From: an uncultured Candidatus Saccharibacteria bacterium
GTDB lineage: Bacteria > Patescibacteriota > Minisyncoccia > Phycocordibacterales > UBA9973
Reading direction: 5' to 3'
DNA length: 64,000 bases
Assembly (NCBI GenBank): GCA_964354935.1
Contig: CAYHBT010000001.1
Span: forward strand, 10,751-74,750
Notes under the pieces: generated by a model
What the model saw: only the letters and a program-made list of their open reading frames with translations
What the model was told of the DNA's origin: nothing
Databases searched by the model: none
Part shown: positions 1 through 9,580 of the stretch, in pieces
Layout: every line of letters starts with the position of its first letter
Position numbering within the stretch: position 1 is the first letter of the stretch
Made by a program: the position numbers and the translations under genes

Positions 1-1
1 T

Positions 2-1861
2 TTCGCTTTTGCCAAAAAATTCAATATTCCTTTACATGAAGTTGTTGAACCGCTTTTTGTTGATACTAGTAGTATTAGTGGAGTTCAAAATGATAAGCCT
101 TTTGTTGAACGAGAAGTTATTTCGGCTATCGTCAAACATTGGTCCGAAGACAAATATATAGGCCTTAGATGGAAAAAGGTTAATTGGGGAACTTTTATTA
201 CTGGCGGAGTAGAAGATGGTCAGACACCCGAAGAAGCGGCGCGAAGAGAAATAGAGGAGGAAACAGGTTACTTTAATTTCAAATCAGTTAAGGTCTTAGG
301 ACGTTCTTATAGTAAATTTTATCATGTACCGAAAAAGCAAAATCGTTTTGCGCATTTTACTAATTTTTATTTTGAATTAAAAAATGGAGAACAGAAAGTA
401 ATTTCGGAAGAAGAAAAAGGCAATCATGACATAGTCTGGCTTAAACCCGAAGAAATAGAAAATTTTATTACAGCCGAAGGCCAGAGACGCGATTGGAATT
501 TAGTGCAGGGAACAGAAAAAGCCATCGCAAAAAATGGAATTTTACTAGAACCATTAGAATTTAAAGGCAGGGAATGGGGTGAAGTGCGGGAAGATGTTAT
601 TAATTTTATTGTCAAAAATGGCTGGGGAGAAAGAAAAGTAAACTACAAACTCCGCGACTGGGTTTTTTCGAGGCAGAGGTATTGGGGCGAGCCTATACCG
701 GTGGTGCATTGCGCTAAGTGTGGCGTAGTCCCTGTTCCGGAGAAAGATTTGCCGGTGGAATTGCCGAAAGTAAAAAATTATCAGCCGACGGATAGCGGAG
801 AATCGCCGCTCGCCAATATTACAAAGTGGGTAAATACGAAATGTCCAAAGTGTAAAGGGCCTGCGAAGAGGGAAACAGACACGATGCCAAACTGGGCGGG
901 AAGTTCTTGGTATTTTTTGAGATATGTTGATGCTAAAAACAATAAAGAGTTTGCAAGCAAGAAAAATTTGGAATATTTCACGCCAGTCGATTGGTACAAC
1001 GGCGGAATGGAGCATACGACTTTGCATTTATTGTATTCTCGTTTCTGGCATAAATTTTTATATGATTTGAAAGTCGTGCCTACCAGCGAACCATATATGA
1101 AGCGTACTTCGCAAGGAATGATTTTAGGCGAAGGGGGGGTAAAAATGTCGAAATCTCTCGGGAATGTGATCAATCCGGACGATATTGTGAAAACCTACGG
1201 CGCAGACACTCTTCGATTGTATGAAATGTTTATGGGCCCGTTTGATCAATCAGTGGCATGGTCGTCGGAATCTATGATTGGACCGAGGAGGTTTTTGGAA
1301 AAAGTTTGGAGAATTGGATTTTCTATATCCTCGCCAAAGAAGAAAAATTCTTCGGCTTTCCTCCACCCTTCGGGCGGAACCTTCCGCCAGCAGAATTCTT
1401 CTTCTTTGGCTCGTCTCTTAAACAAAACCATCAAAAAAGTTTCAGAAGATATTGAAGGTATGAATTTCAACACGGCAATTTCCAGCATGATGATATTGGC
1501 GAACGAAATGGAAAAGACAGAAAATATTTCTATTGAAGATTATAAAATATTTTTAAAGCTTCTCTCACCATTTGCGCCACATATCTCGGAAGAGTTGTGG
1601 TCAATACTGGGTAATAAAAAGTCTATAAGTTTGGAATCTTGGCCGGCATATGATGTTTCTAAAATAAAAGACGATGAAATAAAAATTGTAATACAAATAA
1701 ACGGCAAACTTCGCGCAGAAATTATAATTCAAGCGGAAGACTCGGAAGAAAAAATCAAAGAAAAAGCTCTTGCAAACGAGTCTATTTCAAAGCATATCAC
1801 AGGTAAAAATATCAAAAAGGTAATATATGTAAAAAACCGACTTATCAACATTGTGCTGTAG
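2..1861 (+). CDS. leuS: leucyl-tRNA synthetase, C-terminal portion (5' end truncated by the window). Reading frame 2 is open from position 2. A Nudix-like domain lies upstream of the RDW/YWG catalytic motif.
   Basis: Carries GERKVNYKLRDWVFSRQRYWGEPIP and KMSKS motifs and a class I LeuRS C-terminal anticodon-binding region. The frame is continuous upstream of the first Met, through to the listed ORF 503..1861. Confidence 0.9.
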   Translation, partial: FAFAKKFNIPLHEVVEPLFVDTSSISGVQNDKPFVEREVISAIVKHWSEDKYIGLRWKKVNWGTFITGGVEDGQTPEEAARREIEEETGYFNFKSVKVLGRSYSKFYHVPKKQNRFAHFTNFYFELKNGEQKVISEEEKGNHDIVWLKPEEIENFITAEGQRRDWNLVQGTEKAIAKNGILLEPLEFKGREWGEVREDVINFIVKNGWGERKVNYKLRDWVFSRQRYWGEPIPVVHCAKCGVVPVPEKDLPVELPKVKNYQPTDSGESPLANITKWVNTKCPKCKGPAKRETDTMPNWAGSSWYFLRYVDAKNNKEFASKKNLEYFTPVDWYNGGMEHTTLHLLYSRFWHKFLYDLKVVPTSEPYMKRTSQGMILGEGGVKMSKSLGNVINPDDIVKTYGADTLRLYEMFMGPFDQSVAWSSESMIGPRRFLEKVWRIGFSISSPKKKNSSAFLHPSGGTFRQQNSSSLARLLNKTIKKVSEDIEGMNFNTAISSMMILANEMEKTENISIEDYKIFLKLLSPFAPHISEELWSILGNKKSISLESWPAYDVSKIKDDEIKIVIQINGKLRAEIIIQAEDSEEKIKEKALANESISKHITGKNIKKVIYVKNRLINIVL

Positions 1862-1908
1862 TTCTTTTGAGTTTGCATTTTTTTATTAAACCATAGTATA
1901 ATCTGCTT

Positions 1909-4077
1909 ATGCGATCAAACACATTTGACAGGCTTTCGTTTTTGTCACTCTTTTTAGTAATAATATTATTACCTTTTTTCTTTTTACCTTTTACCAATAT
2001 TCCGGTGGGGATTTCTAAGGGAGCGCTTCTGGTGATTGGGCTTGCTTTTTCTGTTATTTTTTGGGGTTTTGCCAGATTTTTTGACGGAAAAATCATTCTT
2101 CCAAAATCAATGTTTCTTGCGGCGGGTGGGGGGATAGTTTTAGTATTTTTCCTTTCGGCTCTTTTAGTGAAAGCTTCGCAAGTGTCTTTCTTTGGCACAA
2201 TGCTTGATGTCGGCACTTTTTGGTTTATGTTTGCTGGTTTTCTTTTGATGCTTATGTGTTCTATTTCTTTCCGTCACCCCAAGAGCGCTAGGCTGGTTTT
2301 ATTTGGAGCGATACTTTCTGCCGCGATTGTTTTAATTTTTCAAGCTATTCGTTTGTTGGCACCTCAAATTCTATCGCTGGGAGTGTTGGCTTCAAAAACC
2401 GATAATTTAATCGGTTCTTGGAACGAGCTGGGTATTTTTGCCGGATTTTCCGCAATAATGTCGCTTCTTGTTGTTGAATTTTTTTCAACTACAAGAATGG
2501 AAAAATTAATACTTCAATCTCTGATTGTGCTTTCAATGATATTGATTGCTGCTGTTAATTTTGCATTTGTGTGGGGTTTGCTCGGACTTTCGGCTTTGAT
2601 AATCTTCGTCTATAAAATTTCAATTTCTTCTAGTCGTAAGTTTGCGCAAGAATCAAAAGTGGAAGAAAATGGAGAGAAACATATTCATATATCCGGTGAA
2701 GGTGAAGAAAAAAATTATTTTCCAGTCTTTTCTTTTGCGATAGTGATGATTTCCCTGTTATTTTTTATGTCCGGACAGTCCATAGGATCAATATTGCCAA
2801 ATCGTCTCGGAATACAAAACAATGAAGTCGGTCCCAGTTTTCAAGCTACGGTTGAAGTTGCCAAATCAGTTCTTAAAGACAATCTTATTTTCGGTATAGG
2901 TCCAAATAAATTTGGAGAAGCTTGGACTATGTACAAGCCGAAGGCGGTAAATAGCACCGCTTTCTGGAATGTTTCTTTTGATACGGGTTCTGGATTGCTG
3001 CCAACCTTGGTCGCTACTACTGGTTATGCCAGTATCCTTGCTTGGCTCGTATTTTTTGTCTTTTTTATGATAAGTGGTGTCAAGTCTATTTTTTCGAGCA
3101 TCAAACATGGAATAAATTGGGAGACGATGGCTTTTTTCCTTCTGTCTCTATATTTATTTATTTCTTCTTTCTTTTATTCGACCGGTTCGGTAATATTTTT
3201 ACTCGCTTTAGCTTTCGCCGGAGTGTTTGCTGGTTTATCTGCCACAAACAACAAAGAGGGAGAAATTTCCATAGCGTTTTTAAGTGACCATAGGAAAAGT
3301 TTCTTTTCGATGATGTTTCTGGTTGTTTTGGTGATTCTTTCAGTGGCTGTCTCTTTTAAATATGTGGAACGTTTTGTTTCTGTTTCGTATTTTAGAAAAG
3401 CGCTTGCAGCAGAAACTGTTCCGGAAGCTATTACCTCAATTAGTAAAGCTCTTTCTCTATATACTAATGATTTATATTTGCGAGCGTATTCAGATGTTTA
3501 TCTTTTGAAATTAAATTCTTTAGTTTCTAAAGGAGATTCTTTGTCGGAAGCGGAAAAGACAGATTTACAGACAAGTTTAGATCAAGCTGTTTTGGGTGAT
3601 CAGCAGGCAATTGTCTATAATCCTAAAAATTATTTAAATTTTAGAGCTCTCGGTTCTCTGTATCAAAATCTAGCTTCATACGGAGTGAAAGATGCTTACG
3701 CTCGAGCAGTCGAAGCTTATCAAGCAGCTTCTACTTTAAATCCAAACAACCCCGGACTTAAGCTTTCTATGGCCATCTCATCTATTGCGGATAAAAAAAT
3801 TGATTCAGCGAAAGAGTATACTAATGCTGCTCTGGTTTTAAAACCAGATTATATAGATGCGTGGATTGTTCTCGCAGAAATAGCTAAAAGCGAAGGAGAT
3901 ACAAAAAATGCGCTTGAGTATGCGGAGACAGCTCTATATTTGGCTCCCACAAATGAAGATTTGAAAAAATATGTTAATTCTTTTAAAAACTCCAACTCTT
4001 CTTCGGTGACAGCTCCTTCGAATATTACTCCTCCTGATACTTCAAAGACCCCCGACGGTCCTATTAAGAAAAAATAA
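1909..4077 (+). CDS. polytopic membrane protein, O-antigen ligase (Wzy_C)-like with C-terminal TPR repeats
   Basis: At least 10 predicted TM helices, followed by TPR-like repeats (AYSDVYLLKL, ALGSLYQNLASYG, AYQAASTLNP, ALYLAPTNEDL). Confidence 0.6.
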   Translation: MRSNTFDRLSFLSLFLVIILLPFFFLPFTNIPVGISKGALLVIGLAFSVIFWGFARFFDGKIILPKSMFLAAGGGIVLVFFLSALLVKASQVSFFGTMLDVGTFWFMFAGFLLMLMCSISFRHPKSARLVLFGAILSAAIVLIFQAIRLLAPQILSLGVLASKTDNLIGSWNELGIFAGFSAIMSLLVVEFFSTTRMEKLILQSLIVLSMILIAAVNFAFVWGLLGLSALIIFVYKISISSSRKFAQESKVEENGEKHIHISGEGEEKNYFPVFSFAIVMISLLFFMSGQSIGSILPNRLGIQNNEVGPSFQATVEVAKSVLKDNLIFGIGPNKFGEAWTMYKPKAVNSTAFWNVSFDTGSGLLPTLVATTGYASILAWLVFFVFFMISGVKSIFSSIKHGINWETMAFFLLSLYLFISSFFYSTGSVIFLLALAFAGVFAGLSATNNKEGEISIAFLSDHRKSFFSMMFLVVLVILSVAVSFKYVERFVSVSYFRKALAAETVPEAITSISKALSLYTNDLYLRAYSDVYLLKLNSLVSKGDSLSEAEKTDLQTSLDQAVLGDQQAIVYNPKNYLNFRALGSLYQNLASYGVKDAYARAVEAYQAASTLNPNNPGLKLSMAISSIADKKIDSAKEYTNAALVLKPDYIDAWIVLAEIAKSEGDTKNALEYAETALYLAPTNEDLKKYVNSFKNSNSSSVTAPSNITPPDTSKTPDGPIKKK

Positions 4078-4082
4078 TAAAA

Positions 4083-5762
4083 ATGGATAGGATTCTCCGG
4101 ATCTTTGGCAAAGAGTACGCAAACATAAATCAAGCCGCGTTGCTTTTGGGTTCTTTTGCTTTTCTTTCACAAGTGCTGGCTTTATTCCGTGATCGCTCCA
4201 TTGCCCATTTTATAGGTCCCTCACCCTTGCTCGACGCTTATTATGCGGCTTTTCGCATACCGGATCTTATTTTTATCTGCATAGCGTCGCTAGCTTCTAT
4301 CACAGTGCTTATTCCATTTATCACAGCGAAGATGAATGCGGGTGTAGTGACGGACCAAGCACGCAAGTATCTCAACGATGTTTTTACTGTTTTTTTGATA
4401 ATGATAATATTTGTCTCTCTTGTGGCTTTTTTTGCTATACCGTATTTGACATCTTTTATCGCACCAGGATTTACGCCAGATATGCAAGCAAAGGTTATTG
4501 AGCTTTCACGCATAATGCTCCTTTCTCCGATATTGCTAGGACTTTCTAATTTGTTTGGAAGTATCACACAACTTTTTTCTAAATTTTTTATTTACTCTTT
4601 GAGTCCAATTTTTTATAATATTGGAATTATTATTGGTGTTATTTTTTTGTATCCTTTGTTTGGAATTTATGGATTAGCAACTGGAGTTGCTTTCGGAGCC
4701 TTGATGCATTTTGGTATACAAGCATTTGCATCTAAAAGTTGTGGCTTTACGCTCCGATTTTCTTTTTCGATTAATTTTTCCGATATCAAAGCTTTGGCTC
4801 TCATATCTCTTCCAAGGACATTGGGTCTCGCGTTCAACAACATAGCCCTGATTTCTATTATCGCTCTCGCATCATATTTGGAAGAAGGTTCTATCTCAAT
4901 TTTTAATCTTTCTTTCAACCTTCAATCTGTGCCACTTAATATCATCGGCATCTCTTATGCGGTTGCGGCTTTCCCAACTTTAGCCAAATCAATTTCTTTG
5001 GGAAAACTGGAAGAATTCAGAAAACATCTTAAATCTGCCGCGCGGGCAATAATTTTCTGGTCTTTGCCAGTAACTTTTCTTTTTATAGTGCTTCGCGCAC
5101 AGATTGTGCGTGTGATTCTCGGTTCTGGAAGTTTTTCTTGGGATAACACTCGTCTAGTGGCGGCGTCGCTCGCAATTTTTTCTATTTCTGTCATTGCGCA
5201 GGGAATGATTGCTCTACTGTCTAGAGCTTATTATGCAAGGGGAGATACCAAGCGTCCACTTACAGTAAATTTATTTTGTTCTATTTTAATCATAATTTTA
5301 TCTTTTGTCTTTACATATCTATTTGAAAATCTACTTTTGTTTAGATATTTCATCGAATCTCTGCTTAAGGTGTCGGATATTCCGGGTACCGCAGTCCTTA
5401 TGCTACCGCTCGCTTATTCTGTCGGTACTATTTTTAATGCTATCCTGCATTGGTTTTTTGTCAGGCGAGATTTTATGGGAGGGGAATCTTTTATCACCAA
5501 GACATTTTTCCAAAGTTTGGGCGCCTCGTTCTTTCTGGGGTTAGTGGCTTATCTATCCTTAAATATTATTTCTCCCATCTTTGGCACCACCACATTTTTG
5601 GGGGTGTTTCTGCAGGGGTTTATTTCCGGAATTTTTGGAATAATAGCGGCTGTTTTTGTGCTTTATCTTTTAAATAATGAGGAACTCAAAGATATAATTA
5701 AAACTCTCAAAACTAAATTTTGGAATACTAAAATCATCGCCTCCTCTCAGGAGGGGCTTTAA
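4083..5762 (+). CDS. murJ: lipid II flippase MurJ (MviN)
   Basis: N-terminal LSQVLALFRDRSIAHFIGPSPLLDAYYAAFRIPDLIF signature of the MurJ family. 14 TM helices. Confidence 0.85.
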   Translation: MDRILRIFGKEYANINQAALLLGSFAFLSQVLALFRDRSIAHFIGPSPLLDAYYAAFRIPDLIFICIASLASITVLIPFITAKMNAGVVTDQARKYLNDVFTVFLIMIIFVSLVAFFAIPYLTSFIAPGFTPDMQAKVIELSRIMLLSPILLGLSNLFGSITQLFSKFFIYSLSPIFYNIGIIIGVIFLYPLFGIYGLATGVAFGALMHFGIQAFASKSCGFTLRFSFSINFSDIKALALISLPRTLGLAFNNIALISIIALASYLEEGSISIFNLSFNLQSVPLNIIGISYAVAAFPTLAKSISLGKLEEFRKHLKSAARAIIFWSLPVTFLFIVLRAQIVRVILGSGSFSWDNTRLVAASLAIFSISVIAQGMIALLSRAYYARGDTKRPLTVNLFCSILIIILSFVFTYLFENLLLFRYFIESLLKVSDIPGTAVLMLPLAYSVGTIFNAILHWFFVRRDFMGGESFITKTFFQSLGASFFLGLVAYLSLNIISPIFGTTTFLGVFLQGFISGIFGIIAAVFVLYLLNNEELKDIIKTLKTKFWNTKIIASSQEGL

Positions 5763-5796
5763 AATAGTAATTTTAAATGCTAAGATGGTTTGATAT

Positions 5797-7557
5797 ATGA
5801 AAGTTAATTTTTTAAGAATTTTTCATTATCTTTGGCCTCAAGCAAAAAAACACCGAGTTTCTTTGGTGCTTGTGCTTTTTGCTTATGGGGTTGGGGTGGC
5901 ACTCGACGCTCTCCTTAAACCCCTTATTTTCAAACAAATTATCGACCTTTTTTCCTCTAGCGAAAATAGGGAAATTGTTTTACACCAAGCATTATATTTT
6001 GCCGCAATTACCTGTGTAGTTATATTTTTCTACAACATAGCATATCGTGTAGGAGATTATTCCGCTTCTTATTTTCAAAGCAAAGTGATCAAGCGTCTAT
6101 ATGATTTGACCTTTGAAAATTTAATGAAGCATTCTTATCATTTTTTTTCCAATAATTTCTCCGGAAGCATTATTGCTAAAGCAAAACGCTTTGCAAGATC
6201 TTTTGAAGTGTTATCCGATATAATCTTTTTTCAGATTTGGTTCTCTCTCATCACTCTTATCGGAGTCTTTATTATTTTATTTTTTAAGACTCAATTGCTC
6301 GCTTATATATTTTTAGGCTGGTCTTTGTTCTATATCGGTGTCACTCTTTTGTTTGTCAGGAAAAAAATCAAATACGATATTGCTGAAGCGGCGGCGGATT
6401 CGATGGTCACAGGTCGTTTTTCTGACGCTATTTTAAACATTTTGAACATAAAGATATTCAGCAGTAATAAAAAAGAGGAGCAGAGTTTCAGGTTGGTGAC
6501 CAAAGATCAGGAAATAAAACAACGTAACGCTTGGAATTTTAGTAATTTTCAAAATATGGCTCAGTCTTTGATGATGGCTGTGTTGCAAGTCACTGTCCTT
6601 TTTGCCAGTATTCGTCTTTGGTATGAAGGAGATATGTCATTGGGTATGTTGGTGCTTCTCCAAACATATATGCTCACTCTATTTGATATTTTATGGAATT
6701 TGGCGCGCTCGCTCACTAAAGCAATGAAGGCGCTGACCGACATGAAAGAGGTGGTTGATATTTTTGATTTACCTATCGACATCATTGATCCAAAAAAGCC
6801 GGAAGTTTTAAAAATAAATAAAGGACACATTGTTTTTCAAAATGTCTCTTTTGCCTATAAGGGTGGAAATGCCGTATTGAAAAATTTCAATTTAGATATT
6901 ACCCCTGGGGAGCGCATTGGTTTGGTTGGGCATTCAGGCGCCGGTAAATCGACTATCACTAAACTGCTTCTTCGTTTTGCCGATACAGTGGAAGGAAGTA
7001 TCATTATTGATGGGCAAGACATAAAAAATTTAACGCAAAATGATTTGCGTTCGGTTATTTCTTACGTTCCGCAAGAATCTATTTTATTTCATCGCACAAT
7101 CGGAGAAAATATTGCTTACAGTAAGCCACAAGCTACACAAAAAGAAATAGTTGAAGCCGCAAAAAAGGCGCACGCTGATGAGTTTATTTCCCAAATGCAA
7201 AAAGGCTATGAAACAATGGTGGGTGAGCGCGGAGTGAAACTCTCCGGCGGAGAAAGACAGCGAGTGGCGATAGCTCGCGCGATGCTGAAAGATTCGCCGA
7301 TACTAATGCTGGATGAGGCGACGAGTTCGCTAGATAGCATCAGCGAATCGTACATTCAGGACGCCTTCAATAAACTAATGGAAGGAAAAACAACTATTGT
7401 GATTGCGCACCGACTTTCGACTGTCCAAAAAATGGACAGAATTATTGTTTTAGAACAAGGTAAAATTGTTGAAGAGGGTACGCATAAAGAACTTTTAGAA
7501 AAGAAAGGTTTTTACGCCAATCTTTGGGAACATCAGACAGGTGGATTTTTGGAATAA
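5797..7557 (+). CDS. ABC exporter, fused permease and ATP-binding domains (MsbA-like)
   Basis: Six N-terminal TM helices. Walker A GHSGAGKST, ABC signature LSGGERQRVAIARA, Walker B ILMLDEATSSLD. Confidence 0.85.
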   Translation: MKVNFLRIFHYLWPQAKKHRVSLVLVLFAYGVGVALDALLKPLIFKQIIDLFSSSENREIVLHQALYFAAITCVVIFFYNIAYRVGDYSASYFQSKVIKRLYDLTFENLMKHSYHFFSNNFSGSIIAKAKRFARSFEVLSDIIFFQIWFSLITLIGVFIILFFKTQLLAYIFLGWSLFYIGVTLLFVRKKIKYDIAEAAADSMVTGRFSDAILNILNIKIFSSNKKEEQSFRLVTKDQEIKQRNAWNFSNFQNMAQSLMMAVLQVTVLFASIRLWYEGDMSLGMLVLLQTYMLTLFDILWNLARSLTKAMKALTDMKEVVDIFDLPIDIIDPKKPEVLKINKGHIVFQNVSFAYKGGNAVLKNFNLDITPGERIGLVGHSGAGKSTITKLLLRFADTVEGSIIIDGQDIKNLTQNDLRSVISYVPQESILFHRTIGENIAYSKPQATQKEIVEAAKKAHADEFISQMQKGYETMVGERGVKLSGGERQRVAIARAMLKDSPILMLDEATSSLDSISESYIQDAFNKLMEGKTTIVIAHRLSTVQKMDRIIVLEQGKIVEEGTHKELLEKKGFYANLWEHQTGGFLE

Positions 7558-7596
7558 CATCAACCCCACAGGCAAGACCTATGGGGTGAAAAAAAT

Positions 7597-9429
7597 ATGA
7601 AATTAGAAAATATAAGAAATTTTTCAATCATCGCGCACATAGACCACGGCAAAAGCACCTTGGCTGATAGAATGTTGGAAATCACGCATACAGTCGAAGC
7701 GCGAAAAATGCGTGATCAAGTGCTAGATTCTATGGAGCTTGAACGCGAACGCGGGATTACTATAAAAATGCAACCCGTAAGAATGGAATACGCAGTAGGT
7801 GCCGAAAAATACATTTTAAATCTCATCGATACCCCAGGGCATGTGGATTTCTCTTATGAAGTTTCTCGCGCTCTAAAGGCTGTAGAGGGTTCTATTTTAC
7901 TGGTTGATTCCACACAGGGAGTGCAGGCGCAGACACTCACCACGCTCGCTATGGCTCGCGGAGACAGTCTTGAGGGAGAGAGGAAGATTATTCCGGTGAT
8001 TTCCAAAATAGATTCGCCACTGGCTAGAATATCTGAAGTAAAAGAAGAGGTTGTAAAACTTTTAGGTTGCGATGAAAGCGAGATACTTTTAGTGTCGGGG
8101 CGTACAGGAGAAGGAGTCGAGAATCTTTTACAGGAAATAATAAAACGCGTTCCAGCGCCACCCTCCTCCCCTCATGAAGGGGAGGAGGGTGGGGTGGTGG
8201 GGGTGTTGCGCGCTTTGATTTTTGATTTCAAATATTCCAATCACCGAGGCGTGATAGTTTTTGTGCGAGTTCTTGATGGTAATGTTAAAAAAGGCGACAA
8301 TCTGCTATTTGCAGTTTCTGGTGAAAAATTTACCGCGCTTGAAGTGGGAACTTTCTCGCCAGAAGAAACCGCCCGTGAATCTCTTTCTTCGGGGGAAATC
8401 GGTTATATTGTCACTGGCATAAAAAAACCCGGTATCGCTTCGGTTGGAGACACAATTACTAAATTATCCAATCCTTTGCCTGCGCTTTCTGGATATATGC
8501 AGCCTATGCCGGTGGTCTGGGCGAGTGTCTTTCCGGAAGACGCCGATGATTTTGCTTTGCTTAAACTTTCTTTGGGCAAGCTTAAACTTTCTGATTCATC
8601 TTTCTCTTTTGAAGAAGAATCCTCGGGATCTTTGGGTAGAGGATTTCGTTGCGGATTTCTCGGAATGCTCCACTTGGAAATTATCACCGAAAGGCTTAAG
8701 CGAGAGTTTAATTTAAACTTGGTGATTACGACTCCTTCTATTATCTATGAAGTGGAAAACAATCAAGGGAAAAAAGAAAAAATTTATTCTCCCTATTTTT
8801 TTCCGGACGATGGAAATATAAAAGTCGTATTCGAACCTTGGGTGCACGCTCGCATCATTACACCTTCTCAATATTTGGGCAATATTATGCAAATTTTATT
8901 TGATCACGAAGCCGAAATCGGAGAAACCGAAAATTTCGGGGATAATCGCTCATCTATATCAGTCAGAATGCCTCTGCGTGAATTAATGCGTAATTTTTTC
9001 GATGAATTAAAAAGCACTTCTTCCGGCTATGGATCGATATCATATGAAATGGCGGAAATGCGCGAAGCGGATGTCACTCGGCTCGATATACTGGTGGCAG
9101 ACGAAGTCGTCCCTGCGTTTTCTAAAGTTATTTCCAAAAAAAGAGCTGAAGTTGAGGCGGAAAGTTCTGTTTTGAAATTGGAAAGTTTGCTGCCTCGACA
9201 GATGTTTACTCTCAAAATTCAAGGCAAGGCATTTGGGCGTATTATTTCTTCACGCACACTTTCTGGTATGAAAAAAGATGTTACTGCTCATATGTACGGA
9301 GGCGACATCACTCGTAAAATGAAACTTCGCGAAAAACAAAAGAAAGGTAAAAAGAAAATGAAAGAGCGTGGAAGAGTGAATATTCCGCAAGATGTATTCT
9401 TGAAAATGATGCGCAACGGAGAGAACTAG
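7597..9429 (+). CDS. lepA: elongation factor 4 (LepA)
   Basis: N-terminus IRNFSIIAHIDHGKSTLADR with GTPase motifs. Full LepA domain order. Contains an in-frame 15-bp palindrome encoding PPSSPHEGEEGG. Confidence 0.9.
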   Translation: MKLENIRNFSIIAHIDHGKSTLADRMLEITHTVEARKMRDQVLDSMELERERGITIKMQPVRMEYAVGAEKYILNLIDTPGHVDFSYEVSRALKAVEGSILLVDSTQGVQAQTLTTLAMARGDSLEGERKIIPVISKIDSPLARISEVKEEVVKLLGCDESEILLVSGRTGEGVENLLQEIIKRVPAPPSSPHEGEEGGVVGVLRALIFDFKYSNHRGVIVFVRVLDGNVKKGDNLLFAVSGEKFTALEVGTFSPEETARESLSSGEIGYIVTGIKKPGIASVGDTITKLSNPLPALSGYMQPMPVVWASVFPEDADDFALLKLSLGKLKLSDSSFSFEEESSGSLGRGFRCGFLGMLHLEIITERLKREFNLNLVITTPSIIYEVENNQGKKEKIYSPYFFPDDGNIKVVFEPWVHARIITPSQYLGNIMQILFDHEAEIGETENFGDNRSSISVRMPLRELMRNFFDELKSTSSGYGSISYEMAEMREADVTRLDILVADEVVPAFSKVISKKRAEVEAESSVLKLESLLPRQMFTLKIQGKAFGRIISSRTLSGMKKDVTAHMYGGDITRKMKLREKQKKGKKKMKERGRVNIPQDVFLKMMRNGEN

Positions 9430-9430
9430 T

Positions 9431-9472
9431 AGTGAGAGCTTTAGGCTCTAGGGAGAGTCTAAAGCTCTCACT
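9431..9472 (+). terminator. perfect 14-bp inverted repeat hairpin after lepA (AGTGAGAGCTTTAG...CTAAAGCTCTCACT). Belongs to the cagagcctaaRgc palindrome family.
   Basis: Inverted repeat read directly from the sequence. Downstream of it is an AT-rich stretch. Confidence 0.5.
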
Positions 9473-9580
9473 GAATGTTATTTTAGGCTGAAAATCGGAG
9501 AATAGAGCAAAATCATACTAATAATAATAAGAATGCTCACTGCCGCCCAAGCCATCTGTATCTTCTTTTGATGTTTTTTA

